A model generated the notes under the pieces. It saw only the letters and a program-made list of their open reading frames with translations, was not told the origin of the DNA and made no database searches. This document shows, in pieces, positions 58,955 through 64,000 of a stretch of 64,000 bases of DNA. The DNA is taken from NCBI GenBank assembly GCA_012295275.1, contig CM022673.1:1488001-1552000 (forward strand), given 5' to 3'. The translations under genes were made by a program, and so were the position numbers. Numbering within the stretch: the first letter of the stretch is position 1; the number at the start of each line of letters is the position of its first letter. The DNA is from Chrysomallon squamiferum. Lineage: Eukaryota > Animalia > Mollusca.

Positions 58955-59639
58955 AATATCTCAGCAATAACAATAATAAAAATGTGTGGGTGTGCAACTA
59001 GCTTAATTTGTATTTGTTGTACATTTCAATGTCAACAATAATAACACCAACAACAACATCTTTGTAAATAATTTAGTTTATTTTGTTACAGCCTTTGCCA
59101 ATGGCTTATACGTTCATATTATTAAGACTTTTGATATAACTGATAGCTGCATTTATCTGTTTTGTAAACATAGATGTGTAGGCATATATACTCATCTACT
59201 GCATTGTTTCATTTCCATCAGGTTTCACAGAGAACGCACAAATGTGACGAAAACGAGAGGATTATTGACCAAAGTTAGCTTTATATGTACGTTTACAGAT
59301 TTCTAAACGACTAATTATCAATACAACGAGAGAGCTAATTATACTAGTCGTTTAATGAAGTAATTATCGGCCTTTGAGGAAATTTATTTTTGTCTGTTGT
59401 TAGTGTATTGGCAAAAACCGAAAAAATGGTGTTTTGCACCATACACATTTGTAAATCTTCATATTTGGTATTTTATAACAAAATATTAGATTGAAACCTT
59501 TTTTTTTCATAATAGTATTATTATTTTATAATTTCTACTTGATTTAATTAAATATAATAACAACAACAACAACAATAATAACAACGAAATAATAACAGTA
59601 ATATTAGTAGTAGTAGAATAAATAATAATAATAATAATC

Positions 59640-59697
<58 letters not shown>

Positions 59698-60114
59698 TCT
59701 CACTAACAATACAAAACTGATTTTGTTAACAAAATTAAACGCTGTATTTAATTTGTAATTCATGACATGATATTATATTTACCTCATAAATAAAAAAGGA
59801 CGGAATGATAAATACAGATTTAATTCACAGACATTATCGATATTTATATTTTAACAAATTCTAATAGAAAACGTAATTTAATAGCGGCATTATTGTTAAA
59901 ATAAACTCTTTCATTTTGTACCATATTCCTGTCCATTACAAATGTATGACATCTTTTTGTTTAATGAAACTAAATGTCGTTAACATGTGAACCGGGTCTA
60001 AAGTCGCATGGCCAAATATTGAGTTTTACTAGTAATGGCGGAGCGACAGAAACATTTCCGAGTTTGATATTTTGTTAAAAATGGATTTATAATAATATAC
60101 CTCATAATTATAAT

Positions 60115-60197
<83 letters not shown>

Positions 60198-60599
60198 CCC
60201 ACCAATTCATACACACGTGTGTGTGTAATGTAATGTTGTTTGCAATATACTGAACAGTACTGGTTGCATATAAATATTCTCTGCAATAAAATAATGGTTT
60301 CACGTAGATAATTATGTTCTTTGTAATATTAAAATATAATAGTTTCAAGTGTTTGTTCTTTATCAAAGTGTTTTAAATCATTTTCATTGTCGAAGTCAAC
60401 AATTATATATTTCTTTAATTTAAAAAAATATATATATAAATTTATTTATATTTTAGTATTTATTTCTTCTTATTTTTTTAATGTTTTTTATTACCGAATT
60501 GAAAGTTCACTTACAGAAAACGACAAATTATTTTGAATTTTGGTTGAACCTGACAACCACTATAAATTTTATCATTTAGAGCAGAGTATCATATTGTAT

Positions 60600-60634
<35 letters not shown>

Positions 60635-62255
60635 TTATTGTTATTGTTATCATCGTTTTTATTATTATTAATATCATTATCATCATTGTTATTATTTTAG
60701 AGATTAAATTACATTTGTATTAATATATTGGTTATCCAAGGAAATAAATAAAAAAAAGTAATTTGCAGGCTAATCTAAAAACTGCACATAAAAAAATCTA
60801 ATTATTTACACCTTTTGTGTTTCTTGCTCAACTTAGTAGTCAGTTATCAGAGAAATCTGTTTGAATTTTATTTTCTGTTTACTCCTTTAATTTGTTTTAA
60901 AATCTTATCATCACTGAACAACTGGGGCGTAAAATTTAATCATAAAGATTGCAGTCATCCGTAAATAAGATGCAAAGCATAATACATGCATATTTTTCAT
61001 ACTTAATCCTAATCATTATACGCTTAACCATCCACTAAGTACATCATAAATTTTAATAAATTGCTTCAGCATTTTTTTCTCTTTTTTTTCTTATGGCTCC
61101 CATGTACAGTAGATTATTAACCTTTCCAGATATTTCACTCAATCCATCATTTTGTTTTTACCTCATTCCTTCACATTTATCCCCGTCTGTTCATGTATAT
61201 ATTTAACTGTGTATGAGAAAACTGAACATATTTGGTGGTGTATTAATTAACAGTGAATAGGTCGTATGGTTTTTTGCTATGGGCATGTTAAATTAGCCTA
61301 AATCTCTCAGATTTGAAATTAATGACGAATGAGACAGGTTTAGGGGAAACGCTAAGTTTAACCAGACCAGTGAGGCAGATGTTTTTTATTTATTTTTTTT
61401 ATTTTATTTGATTTAATCTTCTATTTAATGATATACACAACATATTCTAAACCTTCACTTACATCGATTAGTTTCCCCTTTTTCGATTAGTCAAAGTCAA
61501 AACCGTCAATAAAAAATTGTAAGACAAATTAAGGAAACTTCTGGTAGCTACTGGCTTATGTGTGATTTAGAGTACATGCACAATTTTATACAAAATTCTG
61601 GTAATTAAGTAAAATCCAAGTAACTGCCTCTTTGTTGTATTTGAGCAATTTTTTTTTATTAGTTACCGAAATTCAAAATGGCTGCCTTCAAAATGGATTT
61701 ACGCCTGTAACAAAAATAGAGATATTAACTTGATCTGTAGGCAAGCTCATCCGATTTAGTTAACTGTTTTTACATTTATTCCTGCTATCTGCAGCTATCG
61801 TTTGGATGTATCCGACTACTATGCGATCATTACTCGAGTTAGATAACAATTACAGAATTTCACTGATATTAGCTCGGCTGCTTCGACCACTTACTAAGTC
61901 ATCGTTGATCTCGTTTGGTAACATAATGCTTGCGTTTTCCGAGTACTACTGATGTGATATTCGTCTTGATTCGTTTTGAAAGGAGATGCTGTGCTGGAAC
62001 AAGCTACCACTAATCGGACTAGAGCGTTTCATTTACAACAGTTTTGGTAAAACGTATTTCAATTTAATAAAATGTTATCAATAATATTTAGAGATTTTTC
62101 AGAATTATTTTTATTTATTTATTTAAGCTCAGGTAAACAGACAAACAATTCCAACCACATACACACACTCACACAGACTTACGTACATATATACATAGAT
62201 ACATATATACATACATATATACATACATACATACATACATACATACATACATACA

Positions 62256-62287
<32 letters not shown>

Positions 62288-62292
62288 CATAC

Positions 62293-62330
<38 letters not shown>

Positions 62331-62712
62331 GTGTACATATATACATACTTAATATATACACATACACAGAGTGCATACATACATACATATATATATATAG
62401 ATACACTCACAAACACAGTAGGTTAATACACGCATACATCCACAACAAACAGCACGTACATTCGTACATATTCACATACAAATATACATAAACAGAAACT
62501 AATTGTAGAATACTAAAGTATTAGTTATCTCGCAGTAGAAAAGCACATTTGTCTAAAACAAGCAAAATACTATTGTAGAATTATCTAACTATCTATATTA
62601 GTCTGATCTTTATACTTATTACACATACATTTTCTAACTCCCTTTTTCATAAGAACACAGCAATAACAAATCTTATTTAAATTGTGCAGGACAATTATGT
62701 ACACACAGTGAA

Positions 62713-62781
<69 letters not shown>

Positions 62782-63596
62782 CATCATCATCATCATCATC
62801 ATCATCATAAAACCCTGAAAGGAAATTAGGAACTAAAAATAAAATATTTTAAAAATAAAAAAATAAAAAAATACGTTTTGTTCACTATGATTATATTAAC
62901 ACGAGAGTACTGTTCAGAAAATAGTGCGTGGTTTAACGAGATTAAACTGTCATTGTTTCAAAGCTTTAAACAGACATAATTCTGCAGTTTCTACACACAC
63001 AACAATGAGACGCTTCACAGCTGACGTGTTCTATAATCTGTTTGTATAGTTTAAAGTTACAATATCTTAAGATCGCAGTGACAAAGTTAATTTAACTAAT
63101 AACAGGATCACGCTTGCTAGTATTTATATAATCGTAACAGAAAATAACAATGGAACAGTGGGTAAACAGGAATTAGAAAAGAAACAAAGAAATGAAATAT
63201 AACGAAGACGCCACCATTATAATGCTGGAAACGGTTTTTAAGATAAAACGAGTTTTGTAATTGAGGGGGGAAAAAATTGGATAGACGAAAATTGGGTGAT
63301 ATCTCTTCCAGATGGCGAGCGTTTAATTTTAATTAGTTAATAAATTAGTAAGAATTTCCTAATTTTAACAGTTTAAAGTTTAAGCTTGAATGACTATGAC
63401 CATCAGTACAGAAAAGAGTTAGAGAGAGAGAGAGAAAGAAAGAAAAAGAAGAAAACAGTGAGAAAGACAGGATGAAAAGTTAAGAGGACAAAAAGCAAGT
63501 AAGACAAAAATAATAAATAAATAAATAAATAAATAAAATATAAGAAAGAAGTGAGAAAATGTTATTAATTTTATATTCCAAAAAATTTATTTATTT

Positions 63597-63634
<38 letters not shown>

Positions 63635-64000
63635 GTTATTATTATTATTTTTTTAAAGGTACCCTTTGTCAAAATAGAATTATTCGTTTATTATATATAC
63701 AAAATTGTGATCCATTCTAACAAACAGATAAACTTTTATATTATGTGAAAATAGATCTTTGGCAATACTATCAATGGCAAATTAGTGTTTTTAAAACATA
63801 CACCTTTTCTGAACCACCACACCTCTGAAAAGAAGATCTTAACGATTAAACCAGACAACTCAATAATATAATTAGATAAACATCTAAGATAGGTTCTCGT
63901 GATCCAATCAGAAAAAAAAAAAAAAAAAAAAAAAAAATTAAAAAAAGAAAGAAGTTTCTAAAGCATGTTTATCTTTCAGTCTACAAACCAGTACAAAAAA

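Noticed and set aside
61660-62040. CpG-rich segment starting with gaaattcaaaatggctgcc (YY1-like or repeat-like)
   Set aside because: No ORF, termini or structure identified, so it cannot be assigned without a repeat library search.

Overview
AT-rich, intron-containing animal genomic DNA rich in microsatellites. It is probably from an invertebrate such as a mollusc (inference from composition, repeats and mosaic CpG depletion). I assembled six protein-coding loci by hand from GT-AG junctions and phase checks. (1) An OTULIN/FAM105-family OTU deubiquitinase (+) with an intact Cys/His/Asn triad, a ~490-aa Ser/acidic N-terminal exon and an upstream transmembrane exon. (2) MZT1 (-). (3) BORA (+), head-to-head with MZT1 as in vertebrates. 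(4) A divergent forkhead gene (+) with a non-canonical recognition helix. (5) Mitochondrial 3-ketoacyl-CoA thiolase ACAA2 (-). (6) An intronless FAM124-family gene (+). The most notable observations are a reading-frame discordance at the start of the large OTULIN exon (splice switch, recoding or assembly indel), an apparently membrane-anchored yet catalytically intact OTULIN, an H/ACA-like RNA in an ACAA2 intron, and tandem duplications that copy splice donors in BORA and OTULIN. I saw no CRISPR array, rRNA, tRNA or intact transposon.
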